Shown piece after piece: positions 40,806 to 49,242 of a stretch of 64,000 nt of DNA. The notes beneath the pieces were generated by a model. It saw nothing but the letters and a program-made list of their open reading frames with translations. It made no database searches and was not told the origin of the DNA. This DNA is from an uncultured bacterium (lineage in GTDB: Bacteria > Armatimonadota > HRBIN16), in assembly GCA_938027655.1 (NCBI GenBank), contig CALJAP010000021.1, positions 15,879-79,878 on the forward strand, in the 5' to 3' direction. Each line of letters opens with the position of its first letter. Position 1 is the stretch's first letter. Both the position numbers and the translations under genes were made by a program.

Positions 40806-43109
40806 TCAGTACGCCCACCCTCCGCCTGTCTCCAGCGACTGCCCGAACTGTCCGATGCCAAACCTCTGCACCTCGTGGAAGGCTTTGATGCGTAGGCGGA
40901 AGATCACCTCGCGGTCGGCACGGAAGCCCAGCGGGTTGTCGATATACCCTACGCTCAACTCCCAGCAGTGCAGGTCCCACGTCAGCAGGAGCTGCCTGCC
41001 CTCAAAGCGATTCACGTAGCCGTTGTAGGTGAGAACGGTCTGCACGCGCAGGGGCATTCGGAATATCTGCGTGTCCAGCCAGAGGTTCGCGCTCGCCCAG
41101 CGGTGGCGGATGGGGTCGTACACTCCGTTCAAGTTCATCGAGAAGGGGGCGGTGCGGGCACGCAGGTATGCACGCAGATAGTTCCACTGCCCCTCGTTAA
41201 GGTTCAGCGTGGATTGCACATTCAGCTGCCATGCGGGGTTCGGTTGCCACAGCACGCCCAGGTTCAACGGCTGCCAGGGGCGGCTGCCACGCTGTCGGGC
41301 AAAGAGGTCGTAGCCGGTATACGCCCGGACGGATAGAGCGCGGCTCGCGTTCCACTCCAGCCCCGCCGAGGCGAAGTTCGTGGCGCCAGTATACTCCGTG
41401 CGCAGGGGGGTAAATCCATACGGACGCAGATAACGGTAGTTCATATACCATCGGCTGTTTTGCCCGAAGCGCAGCTGCCAGTCGGAGTTACCTTGCAGGA
41501 TATACTGGGCGGTTCCATCGCTGGTAAACACCTGTCGGAAGAGGGCGGAGGTGCTCAACGAGCTTCTGCCTCCGCTGGAGGTGGTAGGGGTCCAGCGGGC
41601 TTCAAACAGCACACGCTGAATCGGATTGCCCTGCGGCAGCTCGCGGAAACTGCCCAGCCCCAGCTGCATCTGTAGTCCCATCTCCTTACCGAACAGACGG
41701 CGGTCGGTGGTAGAGAGGAGCAGCTCGGGCGTTTTTTCGATGCCGCCGAAGGTGAAGCCTCCCGTCTGCCCACCGATGGGGATAATCCGGTTGAAGGCGA
41801 GGCTCCAGTCAAACTTGCTACTGCTGCCGCTTAGTGAGGCTTGCGTGGCGAGCTGTTCTTGCTCGGAGCGCACCTCCCCGCCCGATTGCGAGCGGAAGCG
41901 CGACAGGTCGGTAGAGAAGGTCAGCGAGGCGCGCGTGCCCCAGCGTTGATTCCATCGGAGTGAACTGGTGGAGGAATCGGTAGAATAGCCCGCACTGCTC
42001 TGCTGGCTGAGACGCGAGAGAAGGGACAGGTTGCCCGACGACCACGCCCGGCTCAAGCTCACCTGCCAGCTGGATGCACGGGTATCCGAGTAGTACAGAT
42101 AGCTTCCCGAACGCAGGTCGCCAGTAAGCCGTGCGTTAAAGCCCAGCAGTTGCTGTTCATGGCGCAGCTGCGCGGTGACGGAGCGGGTAGCGCGACTGCG
42201 GTCGTTCAGGTAGTAGAACGAAAGGAGCCCGGCAGCGCCCTTCCAGAGATACTGCTGGTCGACGCCCAATCCGATACCCTTTTTCTGCATCAGGTCAATG
42301 CGCGCCGTGCCCGCGTTGTCGCCCAGCAGGTAGCCCAGCGCGGTCTTCACATAATACCCCTCTTCCACCGACTGCCCGACCTGCGGCAGGGTACCACGCG
42401 AGAGGCGTCTGTCCAGCGGCACCACCAGCGTGGGTAAGGTAAACAGTTTGCGACCCAGCGCATTCAAGCTGACCGCTCGTGCTACCAGACGCTTATCCAC
42501 CACCACGTCCACGCTGCGGGTGGAAAAATGGTAATGTGGGTGCTCCAGCAAACAGGTAGTCGCCTCACCGTGTTGCATCTGGGCATGCTGTTGCTCTCCT
42601 TGCAGTTGCTGCCCGGACAGACGCACCGCACCACGCAGCTGATTTTTGAGAAACTCGGGCAGGAGGTCTGCGCTCGCGCCCTGCATCTGCCACGAGCGTC
42701 GGCGCACATTCAGGCGAAGCATCTCGCCACGTGCGTCCATTCCACCGCCCTCCAGAGTGACCCTGCCCTGAAACAGGTACTCGCCCCTGTCCAGATTGCC
42801 TTCCACGCTTTCTGCCTGAATGGTGTACTCGCGCCAGCGGGCGAGGATGTCGCTCGCCAGCAGGTTGTTCTGGGCGTCCAGAAAAAGGGTGCCGAACCGC
42901 TCGACATCCAGTCGTTCCACCCTGCGCGAGATGGCTTCGGCAGGTGGTTGCGGTTGTTGGGCGAGGGCAATGCCACTATAGAACAGCAGGAGGGTGAGGA
43001 AGAGGGGGAGGAACCTAACCCCCTGTCCCCCTTCCCTACAAGGGAAGGGGGTGCTTTCTGCGCGGCTCCCCTCTCCTCGTAGGAGAGGGGTCGGGGGTGA
43101 GGTCATCAT
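40806..43109 (-). CDS. Outer-membrane beta-barrel protein, possibly LptD/OstA-like
   Basis: The signal-like segment FLPLFLTLLLFYSGIALAQQ follows an odd 30-aa N-terminus. The protein is 768 aa, beta-rich, and ends in an aromatic residue (GGGWAY). ATG ATG at 43109 has RBS GGAGGTGA. The track ORF runs upstream to 43547. Confidence 0.4.
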   Translation of the reverse strand: MMTSPPTPLLRGEGSRAESTPFPCREGGQGVRFLPLFLTLLLFYSGIALAQQPQPPAEAISRRVERLDVERFGTLFLDAQNNLLASDILARWREYTIQAESVEGNLDRGEYLFQGRVTLEGGGMDARGEMLRLNVRRRSWQMQGASADLLPEFLKNQLRGAVRLSGQQLQGEQQHAQMQHGEATTCLLEHPHYHFSTRSVDVVVDKRLVARAVSLNALGRKLFTLPTLVVPLDRRLSRGTLPQVGQSVEEGYYVKTALGYLLGDNAGTARIDLMQKKGIGLGVDQQYLWKGAAGLLSFYYLNDRSRATRSVTAQLRHEQQLLGFNARLTGDLRSGSYLYYSDTRASSWQVSLSRAWSSGNLSLLSRLSQQSSAGYSTDSSTSSLRWNQRWGTRASLTFSTDLSRFRSQSGGEVRSEQEQLATQASLSGSSSKFDWSLAFNRIIPIGGQTGGFTFGGIEKTPELLLSTTDRRLFGKEMGLQMQLGLGSFRELPQGNPIQRVLFEARWTPTTSSGGRSSLSTSALFRQVFTSDGTAQYILQGNSDWQLRFGQNSRWYMNYRYLRPYGFTPLRTEYTGATNFASAGLEWNASRALSVRAYTGYDLFARQRGSRPWQPLNLGVLWQPNPAWQLNVQSTLNLNEGQWNYLRAYLRARTAPFSMNLNGVYDPIRHRWASANLWLDTQIFRMPLRVQTVLTYNGYVNRFEGRQLLLTWDLHCWELSVGYIDNPLGFRADREVIFRLRIKAFHEVQRFGIGQFGQSLETGGGWAY
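43015..43095. repeat. Two adjacent REP-like palindromes (CCCCCTTCCC-tacaa-GGGAAGGGGG and CCCCTCTCC-tcgta-GGAGAGGGG)
   Basis: Perfect 9-10-bp GC stems. A third copy, CCCCTCTCCC-tgtg-GGAGAGGGG, lies at 45861-45885. Confidence 0.6.
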
Positions 43110-43114
43110 CGGCT

Positions 43115-44809
43115 TCACTGCCTCACCTCCCTCTTGCGCTGGGCGGCGCGCATGTTCAAGGTGAGCAGCACGGTAAAGAACAGCGTGTAAAACGCCGCGA
43201 TGCTCCACCGCGAAGGAGCAGGTAACGCCATACTCGCCCATGCCGGGAGTGCTAGCAACCGAACGCTTTTGTCCACCGTCCACGCGCTCAACGCTATTGG
43301 GGCGCAGAGCAAGTCGGGCAGCCAAGGTAGGCACGCTGCCACCAGCCCCGCGCAGGTAAGCACCTGCACCGGCATGGCGATAACAAGGTTGGCTATGGGC
43401 GCAATCAAGGACATTTGACCATAGTATAACGCGGTCAGCGGGGCGGATGCCAGCGTGCAGATGACACTCAAGCACACGACAGCGAGGATTGCTCGCAAGG
43501 GGCGCAGTCTGTCGCTTGCCGCGCCTGTGGCGATAGCCCCGGTCCATCCTGCCGAAGCCACTATCGCAGCCACCAGCGTAAACGAGAACTGAAAGCTGGG
43601 GTCACGCAGTGCGCCGGTGTCTGACAGCACAATCAGGAACCCCGCCAGCGCGAGCGAGGTTGGCAAGTCGCCCTCTCGTTGCAGAGCAGTGGCTCCTGCG
43701 ATAAGCGTGCCCATGATGGCGGCGCGCAAAGAGGGGTCTCCACCTGCAGCCACTCCTGCGAACAACCAAATAACCAGTATAACCGCCAGCGCAGAAGCCT
43801 TGCGTGACAGGTTGGCAAACCGGCATATCGCCCACACCGCTATCGCCAGCATCGAAACGTGCGTTCCCGATGGCGAGAGGATATGTACTGTGCCGGTACG
43901 CCGGAAGTTTTCGCGAATGGCATCGTCCAGTTTTACACGGTCGTTCAGCACAATTGCAGCGGCGATGTGTCCTTCGCGCGTGGGCAGATGGAGGCGCAGG
44001 TTGCGTATCAACATCCGGCGCAAGCGCGAGAAGAGAACGCTCCAGTGCGGTTGGGGCAGGTGCTGGATGCGGTATGGACGCAACGTTCTGGAGATGCCTT
44101 GCCTGCGCAGGTATCGCGCAAACGATGCGTCCGGGTCTGTCGGCGTGGCGGAGGGCATCCGTAACCTGCCCTCCAGGTGCACACGTTCACCCGCGAATAC
44201 GTTGTCTACCAGCGTTTCCGGCACATGCACCCACAGACGCACCGGCGTGCGAATGGTGCGGTGTGCAGTAACCAGGCTTTCTGTGCGCAGGACAAACCGC
44301 CATGTACCCGCTTTTCGGGTCGGCTCTGTGGTCACCACGCCGGTAGCCGCCACCACCTCGTCGCGGGGCAGGGTGCGCCAGAGCAGGTCATCGCGGTAGG
44401 CGTAGCGAATGCCCTGTGTTGCGCCCAACCACAGCGCCAGCACACTCAACAGGGCGGTTGTTGCGGAAAGCAGCCGATACCGCTGGAGTAGCCATCCGCC
44501 AGCGGTCAGGAGCAGACATCCCTGTATCACCGGCAGGGGAGAAAAGGTCACGCCTGCGGCAGCTCCCGCCAGGTAGCCGCCGCAGAAAGTTGCCAGCGGT
44601 CTGCCGTTGACCGCTTGAAACCGTTTGCGCCACCTCTTCTCAAAGGCTGCAGATTGCATCCGTGCCCGCGCTCCGGCGTAGTGGTTCGTTATACCGCTTT
44701 CTCTGAAGGGCGTCATGTTCCTGCCGTACCGTTTGGGACAGGAGAGGGTTTCAGTCCCAGTGCGCGCCCGACAGATTGCCCGCACAAAAGGAAAATCCCC
44801 CTCCTGCAT
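43115..44809 (-). CDS. comEC: ComEC/Rec2-family DNA internalisation channel protein (no beta-lactamase domain)
   Basis: Polytopic membrane protein with the competence domain motif ILSPSGTHVSMLAI. Confidence 0.6.
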   Translation of the reverse strand: MQEGDFPFVRAICRARTGTETLSCPKRYGRNMTPFRESGITNHYAGARARMQSAAFEKRWRKRFQAVNGRPLATFCGGYLAGAAAGVTFSPLPVIQGCLLLTAGGWLLQRYRLLSATTALLSVLALWLGATQGIRYAYRDDLLWRTLPRDEVVAATGVVTTEPTRKAGTWRFVLRTESLVTAHRTIRTPVRLWVHVPETLVDNVFAGERVHLEGRLRMPSATPTDPDASFARYLRRQGISRTLRPYRIQHLPQPHWSVLFSRLRRMLIRNLRLHLPTREGHIAAAIVLNDRVKLDDAIRENFRRTGTVHILSPSGTHVSMLAIAVWAICRFANLSRKASALAVILVIWLFAGVAAGGDPSLRAAIMGTLIAGATALQREGDLPTSLALAGFLIVLSDTGALRDPSFQFSFTLVAAIVASAGWTGAIATGAASDRLRPLRAILAVVCLSVICTLASAPLTALYYGQMSLIAPIANLVIAMPVQVLTCAGLVAACLPWLPDLLCAPIALSAWTVDKSVRLLALPAWASMALPAPSRWSIAAFYTLFFTVLLTLNMRAAQRKREVRQ

Positions 44810-44846
44810 CAGGAGAGGGATGTGGAGGGAAGGAAGTGTGTTGCTG

Positions 44847-45683
44847 TTAAGCCTTTTTGCGCAGGCGCAGCGCCACCGGCGCCAACCCGCTCAGCATCAG
44901 TGCCCACGTGCCCGGCTCGGGAATGACGGGAGCGGGAGGAGGCGGATTGTAACTCAGGTTCACCATTTTGGTCAACCTGCCTTCTAGCGTCTGTTGACCG
45001 GATATCACCTTGCCGCGCCACTGGAACACGTTGGTCATGTCGCCCTGTCCGAAAGGCAGACCCGAATTAGACACGTTGTAAACCGCGTTGTCGTTCAGCA
45101 GGGCGCGCAGGGTTGAGAATGCGCCTGCCTCATACCCAACGAGTCCTGCCTCACTGGCGATAAGGTCTGCCGCGGTGGTACCGTCCACATATCGCACCGT
45201 CTGCGGATTGACGAGAACACCGCTGTCGTCCCACCCTGTGCCGTTCAGGTGAAAGTCCGAATAGGAGAAGAAATCTACATCGAGAGTTGGTCCGGCAGAC
45301 TTGACGGAGAAGTCGATATCCACTTTGGCTACTGTGGGGCTGACACCGGAGAGAGTATAGTTTAGCTCGATGACCAACCCTGCCTGCGCGAAAATCAGTC
45401 GCGCCGTATTTGTGGGGTTTGGAGTTACAAAACTCGGGTTGGACAACGCCTGCTCCGCGTTCATTGTACTGGTGCGGAACCACCACCAGTTCTGATGCAT
45501 ATGGTCTGTACCAGAAGGGTCTTTGAAATCCCCCAAGCCCTGGCTGCCGACGTATTCAGAGTAAGTCCATCCGTTATCGGTTAAGGTAAACGTCTGAGCC
45601 TGCGAACCGCCAGCCAGTATCCAGCCCAGCGTAGCCACCAGGGCGAGACACCACAGGAACCTGCTGCTTGCCATATCAGGCAC
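44847..45683 (-). CDS. PEP-CTERM sorting-signal secreted protein
   Basis: N-terminal signal peptide. The C-terminus VIPEPGTWALMLSGLAPVALRLRKKA is a canonical PEP-CTERM: PEP motif, TM helix and basic tail. Confidence 0.8.
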   Translation of the reverse strand: MPDMASSRFLWCLALVATLGWILAGGSQAQTFTLTDNGWTYSEYVGSQGLGDFKDPSGTDHMHQNWWWFRTSTMNAEQALSNPSFVTPNPTNTARLIFAQAGLVIELNYTLSGVSPTVAKVDIDFSVKSAGPTLDVDFFSYSDFHLNGTGWDDSGVLVNPQTVRYVDGTTAADLIASEAGLVGYEAGAFSTLRALLNDNAVYNVSNSGLPFGQGDMTNVFQWRGKVISGQQTLEGRLTKMVNLSYNPPPPAPVIPEPGTWALMLSGLAPVALRLRKKA

Positions 45684-45860
45684 CTCCTATCGAAATGTGT
45701 TCTCGCCCTTAATTTAATGCAAAGTCTGTACCAAAGGTGCTGGGCAAAATACGGGTTGTTGGCATAGTGCGGCAGAAAAACGGCAAGATTGCTGTCAGTA
45801 AACTTGCGGGGAAACCCGTTGCAAAAGCTGGTCTAACGATGATGAAAGCAGGAGCATCTC

Positions 45861-45885
45861 CCCTCTCCCTGTGGGAGAGGGGACG
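45861..45885. repeat. REP-like palindrome CCCCTCTCCC-tgtg-GGAGAGGGG downstream of ggt
   Basis: Same stem sequence as the palindrome at 43063-43085. Confidence 0.55.
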
Positions 45886-45917
45886 GGGGAGAGGTTACAA
45901 TCAGATTCTTCGCTGTG

Positions 45918-47480
45918 TTACCACCCCGCCGCGTGACCGTCACAGCGGGGGTCGGAACCGGCAAGGAGCGCCTTGCTTTGGGGATGCACCGCAATCACCT
46001 GCACCGCTCCCGATTGCCCCCAGTCGGGTAACAGCAGCACGCGATGCCCCTTGCGCTCCAGCTTTTGCAGGGTCTCCATCGGCGTGCGACGCTCGACTTT
46101 CAGCCCTTCCGGGTCGTGCTGCCAGCGGGGGGCTTCCACTGCCTCCTGGGGGTTCATGCCGAAGTCTATCAGGTTGCAGATAATCTGCGTGTTGCTCTGT
46201 ACCTGCACATCGCCACCCGGCGTGCCGCCCACGAAAGCCAGTTCGTCGCCGCGCGTCAGCAGGTAGGCGTTGAGGGTGTGCGCGGTACGCTTGACCGGCT
46301 CCAGCGCGTTGGGGCTGTTGGGGTCTAACGAGAAGCCCGTCATACGGTTGTTGAACAGGATGCCCGTGCCTTCCGCTACCTGCATACACCCAAAAGAGTG
46401 GAAGATGCTCTGGATAAAGGAGATGGCGTTGCCGTAGCGGTCCACGACGCAGAAGTAGGTGGTGTCATGCTCAATCTCGCCGGCGGTGACGCGGTCGGCG
46501 GCGCGGTTCAGGTCTATCTGCTGGCGGCGTCGCTCTGCATACCCTTTGCTCAGCAGAACGTTCATCGGCACGTCCACAAAGCGCGGGTCGCCAAGGTAGG
46601 CGTGCCTGTCCGCGAAAGCGAGTTTCTTCGCCTCCACCTGCAGGTGGATGACCTCCGCGCTGAGCGCGCCCATACTGCGCAGGTCGTAGCCCTCCAGCAG
46701 GTTCAGCATCTGCGCGAGGATATGTCCTTGTGATACGGGCGGTTGCGCGTGCAGGGTGTACCCGCGGTACTCCACGCGAAGCGGTTCCAACCACTCGGCG
46801 GGCGGCTGCGCGAGGTCCTCTTCCGTACACAGTCCCCCGTGGTGCTGGCAATGACGCACGATGCGCTCGGCAATCTCGCCCCGATAGAAGTCCATCGGTC
46901 CGGCGGTGGCGATGCGGGTCAGCGTCCAGCCGAGGTTCGGCTGGGTGACCATCTTGCCCGGGTAGGGTAGCTCCCCGTCAGGCACCAGCTCGCGCCAGGT
47001 GATGGGGAACTGTCGCAGCAGGTGCTCATGCGCAGCAAACACCTGACTGTAACGGTAGCCGGCGGGAAACCCCTGCTGGGCGTAGCGGATAGCGGGCTGG
47101 AGCAGTTCCGAAAGCTCACGGGTGGCGTATCGCTCGTGCAAAAGCGCCCACGCAGATACCAGCCCGGGTACCGACGCGCTCTGCATACCGCGTGCAGGGA
47201 TACCGTCGTGGAAACGCTCGCGTGTCGCCGCACGCGGGGCAGGACCGGAGGCGTTGAGCGCATGCGTCTGACGTGTGCGGGCGTCGTACACTATCACAAA
47301 AGCGTCTCCACCGAGGTGGCTGTTGTAGGGCTCGATCACCGTCAGCACCGCGCTGATGGCGATCGCGGCATCTACGAAGTTACCACCTTCCTGTAGCACA
47401 TGCAGTCCCACTGCCGTTGCCAGCGGTTGAGAGGTTGCCACCGCCCCGTTTCGGGCAACCACGACGCCACGATAGGTCAT
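45918..47480 (-). CDS. ggt: Gamma-glutamyltranspeptidase
   Basis: 520 aa, with the autoprocessing-site region ...TTYFCVVDRYGNAISFIQS.... Confidence 0.85.
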   Translation of the reverse strand: MTYRGVVVARNGAVATSQPLATAVGLHVLQEGGNFVDAAIAISAVLTVIEPYNSHLGGDAFVIVYDARTRQTHALNASGPAPRAATRERFHDGIPARGMQSASVPGLVSAWALLHERYATRELSELLQPAIRYAQQGFPAGYRYSQVFAAHEHLLRQFPITWRELVPDGELPYPGKMVTQPNLGWTLTRIATAGPMDFYRGEIAERIVRHCQHHGGLCTEEDLAQPPAEWLEPLRVEYRGYTLHAQPPVSQGHILAQMLNLLEGYDLRSMGALSAEVIHLQVEAKKLAFADRHAYLGDPRFVDVPMNVLLSKGYAERRRQQIDLNRAADRVTAGEIEHDTTYFCVVDRYGNAISFIQSIFHSFGCMQVAEGTGILFNNRMTGFSLDPNSPNALEPVKRTAHTLNAYLLTRGDELAFVGGTPGGDVQVQSNTQIICNLIDFGMNPQEAVEAPRWQHDPEGLKVERRTPMETLQKLERKGHRVLLLPDWGQSGAVQVIAVHPQSKALLAGSDPRCDGHAAGW

Positions 47481-48169
47481 TCGCCCGGCTCCTTTCCCCG
47501 TTGCAGTTCCGCCTCCAGCGCGCGCACACGGGCTTCCAGTTCCGCTGCCTGTTCGGCGAGCTCCATTGCGGTCGGGATGGCACGTCCTTTCGTGGGATCG
47601 TAGAGCCGCACCTTATATCCCTCATCCTCTGCCCGTACCACGATGGATAACCCCAGCCGCTCGCTATGAGCGCGCCACTCACGGTCGTTCGGTCGCTCGT
47701 TGGGAATCCGCTGGTACTCATGCCCAACCAGGCGGTGCAGCATCACAGGCTCTATGAGGTAATCGCGTGTGACATCTATCAGGATGTACTCCTTCACGCC
47801 CAGTCGTTGGTAGAGCCGGTATTTCCTGCCCAAATCCTCCGGTGCGGTAGAGCGGGAGGTCAGTTCGAATATCACATCCGGCGCTTTGCCCATCTCCCAC
47901 ACTTTCCACGTGGGGCGCCAGGGGCGTTTAGGCACTCCGAATGCCACATACACATCGGGAGCAACGCGCTGAGAGGGGTTGCCCTCAATCCAGTACATGA
48001 ACTGATTACCCGCTACATACACATCTTCGCGCCCGGCGAAGTACCGCATCAGCGCGTCCAGCAGATACAGCATCGCTTCCAGATGTTCAGGCGTCTCTGC
48101 CATTGGCTTCCCATCCGACACAGGATAGCGTACGCTTTCTATTGCCTGCGAGATTGCCATCGGCATCAC
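47477..48169 (-). CDS. Uma2-family (DUF820) putative restriction-endonuclease-like protein
   Basis: YVAGNQFMYW...APDVYVAF...APDVIFELTS...EYILID (PD-(D/E)XK). Coiled-coil C-terminal tail. Confidence 0.75.
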   Translation of the reverse strand: MMPMAISQAIESVRYPVSDGKPMAETPEHLEAMLYLLDALMRYFAGREDVYVAGNQFMYWIEGNPSQRVAPDVYVAFGVPKRPWRPTWKVWEMGKAPDVIFELTSRSTAPEDLGRKYRLYQRLGVKEYILIDVTRDYLIEPVMLHRLVGHEYQRIPNERPNDREWRAHSERLGLSIVVRAEDEGYKVRLYDPTKGRAIPTAMELAEQAAELEARVRALEAELQRGKEPGE

Positions 48170-48193
48170 CTCTTGGCTCTATTATAACCGATT

Positions 48194-48847
48194 TCACCCG
48201 TGTTCGAGGTGCAGGTGCCGCAGCGCGGACAACGCCTCCGCCGTTTGCGCCACCCCTTCGAACTCACCTGCCAGTATCGCCGCCTTCGGGAACAACGCCC
48301 CACCCACTCCTACCATGTCCGCCCCTGCGTGCAGGTATTCGGCGGCGTTGTGCGCATTCAGCCCGCCTACCGCCATCAGCGGTATGTGCGGCAGCGGCGC
48401 CTTCACCTCTTTGAAAAACTGAGTGCCCAGCGTCACCGCCGGAAACACCTTCACGATGGGCGCACCCATCCGATAGGCGGTGAAAATCTCCGTGGGACTG
48501 AAAACACCGGGAATGGGTGGAACATTTGCCTCCAGACTGGTCTCCACCATGCCAGCATCCAGTATTGGCGATACCACAAACTGCGCCCCCGCATCTATCA
48601 CCCGTTTGGCGTTCTCCGCATCCAGCACCGTGCCCGCGCCCACCAGTGCTTTGCCGTCCCATCGCTGGCGAGCCTCGCGCAGAATCTCCAGCGCGTTGGG
48701 TGTGGTCATGGTCACCTCGACCGCCAGCAAACCGTGCTCAATAGCCACTTCCAGCGCACGCAGCGCAAGGTCCGACTGCGGCAGGCGCAGGATGCCCACC
48801 ACCCGTTGCGCGAGCAGTTGCTGTATGAGTTCTTGCATCGCAATCAC
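48194..48847 (-). CDS. eda: KDPG/KHG aldolase
   Basis: VVGILR ... VEVTMTTPNA ... GAGTVL ... FVVSP motifs. Confidence 0.85.
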   Translation of the reverse strand: MIAMQELIQQLLAQRVVGILRLPQSDLALRALEVAIEHGLLAVEVTMTTPNALEILREARQRWDGKALVGAGTVLDAENAKRVIDAGAQFVVSPILDAGMVETSLEANVPPIPGVFSPTEIFTAYRMGAPIVKVFPAVTLGTQFFKEVKAPLPHIPLMAVGGLNAHNAAEYLHAGADMVGVGGALFPKAAILAGEFEGVAQTAEALSALRHLHLEHG

Positions 48848-48954
48848 CTCTCCAGTACGGTTCGCCGAAGTGTGAGGAAAAGCCTGCAGGCAACGCGGAT
48901 AGTCATCGGGCGTTCGGTGTTGGAATCTTCCCGCTAGTGATTCACCACACGTGA

Positions 48955-49230
48955 TTATTCAGGTTTGATAGGCCCTTCGGGCGCATCTCGGTCCGGCATC
49001 ACCACCAGCGGACACCTGCCTGCTGCGAGGAAACCCAGTCGGCGTGTGGGTATGTGCAGGATGAGGATGTACTTTCCCAGCGCGAACACCACGTAGTCGC
49101 CGGGCAGACAGGTTGCCCAACGGGTGGGCCATGCGACGAAAGGGGTCTCCATACCGAGAACATAAGCCCTCTGTTGGCGGTGATACACCTGTAACCCTCT
49201 CTCCGCCCACAGGAGAACCCTCCGGCGCAT
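48955..49230 (-). CDS. Small hypothetical protein (91 aa)
   Basis: GAGGAA RBS 7 nt upstream of the ATG. Lies directly downstream of the DUF4838-like gene. No recognisable domain. Confidence 0.3.
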   Translation of the reverse strand: MRRRVLLWAERGLQVYHRQQRAYVLGMETPFVAWPTRWATCLPGDYVVFALGKYILILHIPTRRLGFLAAGRCPLVVMPDRDAPEGPIKPE

Positions 49231-49242
49231 TGCGTCATTCCT

